Of a DNA stretch of 64,000 bases, positions 62,860 through 64,000 are shown one piece after another. The first letter of the stretch is position 1; every line of letters starts with the position of its first letter. A model generated the notes under the pieces. The model was not told where the DNA came from. It did not search any database and worked only from the letters and a program-made list of their open reading frames with translations. Source of the stretch: Phoronis australis (Eukaryota; Animalia; Phoronida); the NCBI GenBank assembly GCA_002633005.1, contig NMRA01000397.1, forward strand, positions 333,176 through 397,175. The letters are read 5' to 3'. Both the position numbers and the translations under genes were made by a program.

Positions 62860-64000
62860 TGACGCTGGAGACAGATGACTCCCAGGAATTAAAGACTGGA
62901 TTGGGGCAGGCAGGGCCAGCACCCCAGCCTGCAGTTCAGGTTATAGGAGCACCCATTCCCACGCTACGTCAAACCAAAATGATGCATGCCCTCAGTCTCC
63001 CGAGAGGTGGGAGAATGAGAGACTCACATCGGCGGATAACACGGAACCGACTTTGCAACGACCAAGGACTTTGAAACAGTTGACACTGACAAGAGGTGTT
63101 GTGCAAGGAGTAGTATGCAATTGTGGAAAGGTGTGCAAGAACATCCGTGGCTTACGTTTCCACCGATCAAGATCGTGGTGTGGTTATCAGGAAAATCAAG
63201 AGCAACGCGCAGAGGATCCCTCTGGTGAGACGTTAGAGGTACCCAGACAGGATGAACCCCACAGGGCTGGGAGTCTCCAAGCCGATGAGCCTTTAGATAA
63301 CGACCCTGTTTTCCTGGGATAGGAAAGGTCAGGGCAAGGCAGACCTCCACCATGCCCAAGAAGGAAGGGAGTGAAATGGCCAAATATGACAGAAGAAGCA
63401 GCATAGAAGGCTTTTGATGGGGATGTGCACAACATCATGAAGACAACTTTGATGGGCAGCGAAGAGAAGGTTGAGAGTCTCACCACAATCATTTACAACG
63501 TGGCTTTAGAGCGGCTTAGTGCACAGGAAGAGCGTACGAGAGCACCACGGCAGGAAGTTCCGAGAGGCAACAGACGGGAACGGCGCATTCAGGAAATACG
63601 AACTGAACTAAGAACACTTTTATGAAGGCTTTCCGCAAAGCCCAGGAGCACGAGAAGGTCGTGCTGCAGTGGCTTAGAGATGACTTACGGTATGAGCTCG
63701 GGCGCCTGCGGAATGCAGAGAGGTTACGTCGAGCCAAGAAGGAAAGAGCTAAGCGAAGGTCTCAGTTTGTCAAGGACCCCTTCAGATTTACAAAGACCTT
63801 ACTGGGGAAGAGAGATCAGGCGAGTTGCAGTCAAGCAAAGGGGCGATAAAGCAACATCTCCAGCTCATGGAGACGACAGACGAGATGTGCCCCTCGGAGT
63901 GTATTTGAGAGTGGAGGCTGTGAATAGGCCAGAGAGTGAATTAGACATGGAAGAACCTACGTGGAAGGAACTGCTGCAGGTGGTTAAGAAAGCTCGATCG
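62860..64000 (+). mobile_element. 5' part of a Hero/R2-like (RLE-type) non-LTR retrotransposon, decayed, running off the window
   Basis: N-terminal zinc finger CNCGKVCKNIRGLRFH; RRERRIQEIRTELR; FVKDPFRFTKTLLG; EPTWKELLQVVKKARS (pre-RT region). Stops and frameshifts present. Confidence 0.7.

Overview
AT-rich, repeat-dense animal (probably marine invertebrate) genomic DNA, judged from spliceosomal introns, a Toll-like receptor pseudogene, a CARD exon and Helentron, BEL/Pao, L1/Tx1, Hero, pogo and Academ-like elements. The centrepiece is an apparently intact giant non-ribosomal peptide synthetase (NRPS) on the minus strand (about 22443 to 7105). The ORF track splits it in three, but it reads as one gene. 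A 654-bp overlap duplicated around the single N at 15608 is most likely an assembly artefact, and a canonical phase-1 GT-AG intron (7752-8146) splits the thioesterase. The joined CDS is 14289 nt (4762 aa), with architecture C*(remnant)-A1-T1-E1-C2-A2-T2-C3-A3-T3-E2-C4-A*(remnant)-T4-TE. This predicts an animal-encoded enzyme making a short peptide with two D-residues. The gene lies between a perfect 15-bp inverted-repeat pair flanked by TTAA (Kolobok-like ends) and near innate-immune genes. The rest of the window is mostly decayed transposons, including a Helentron with a herpes-tegument-like deubiquitinase domain, a foldback element inside a BEL RT, and a Penelope-type hammerhead-like palindrome. 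All family calls come from motif recognition by eye; no database searches were run.
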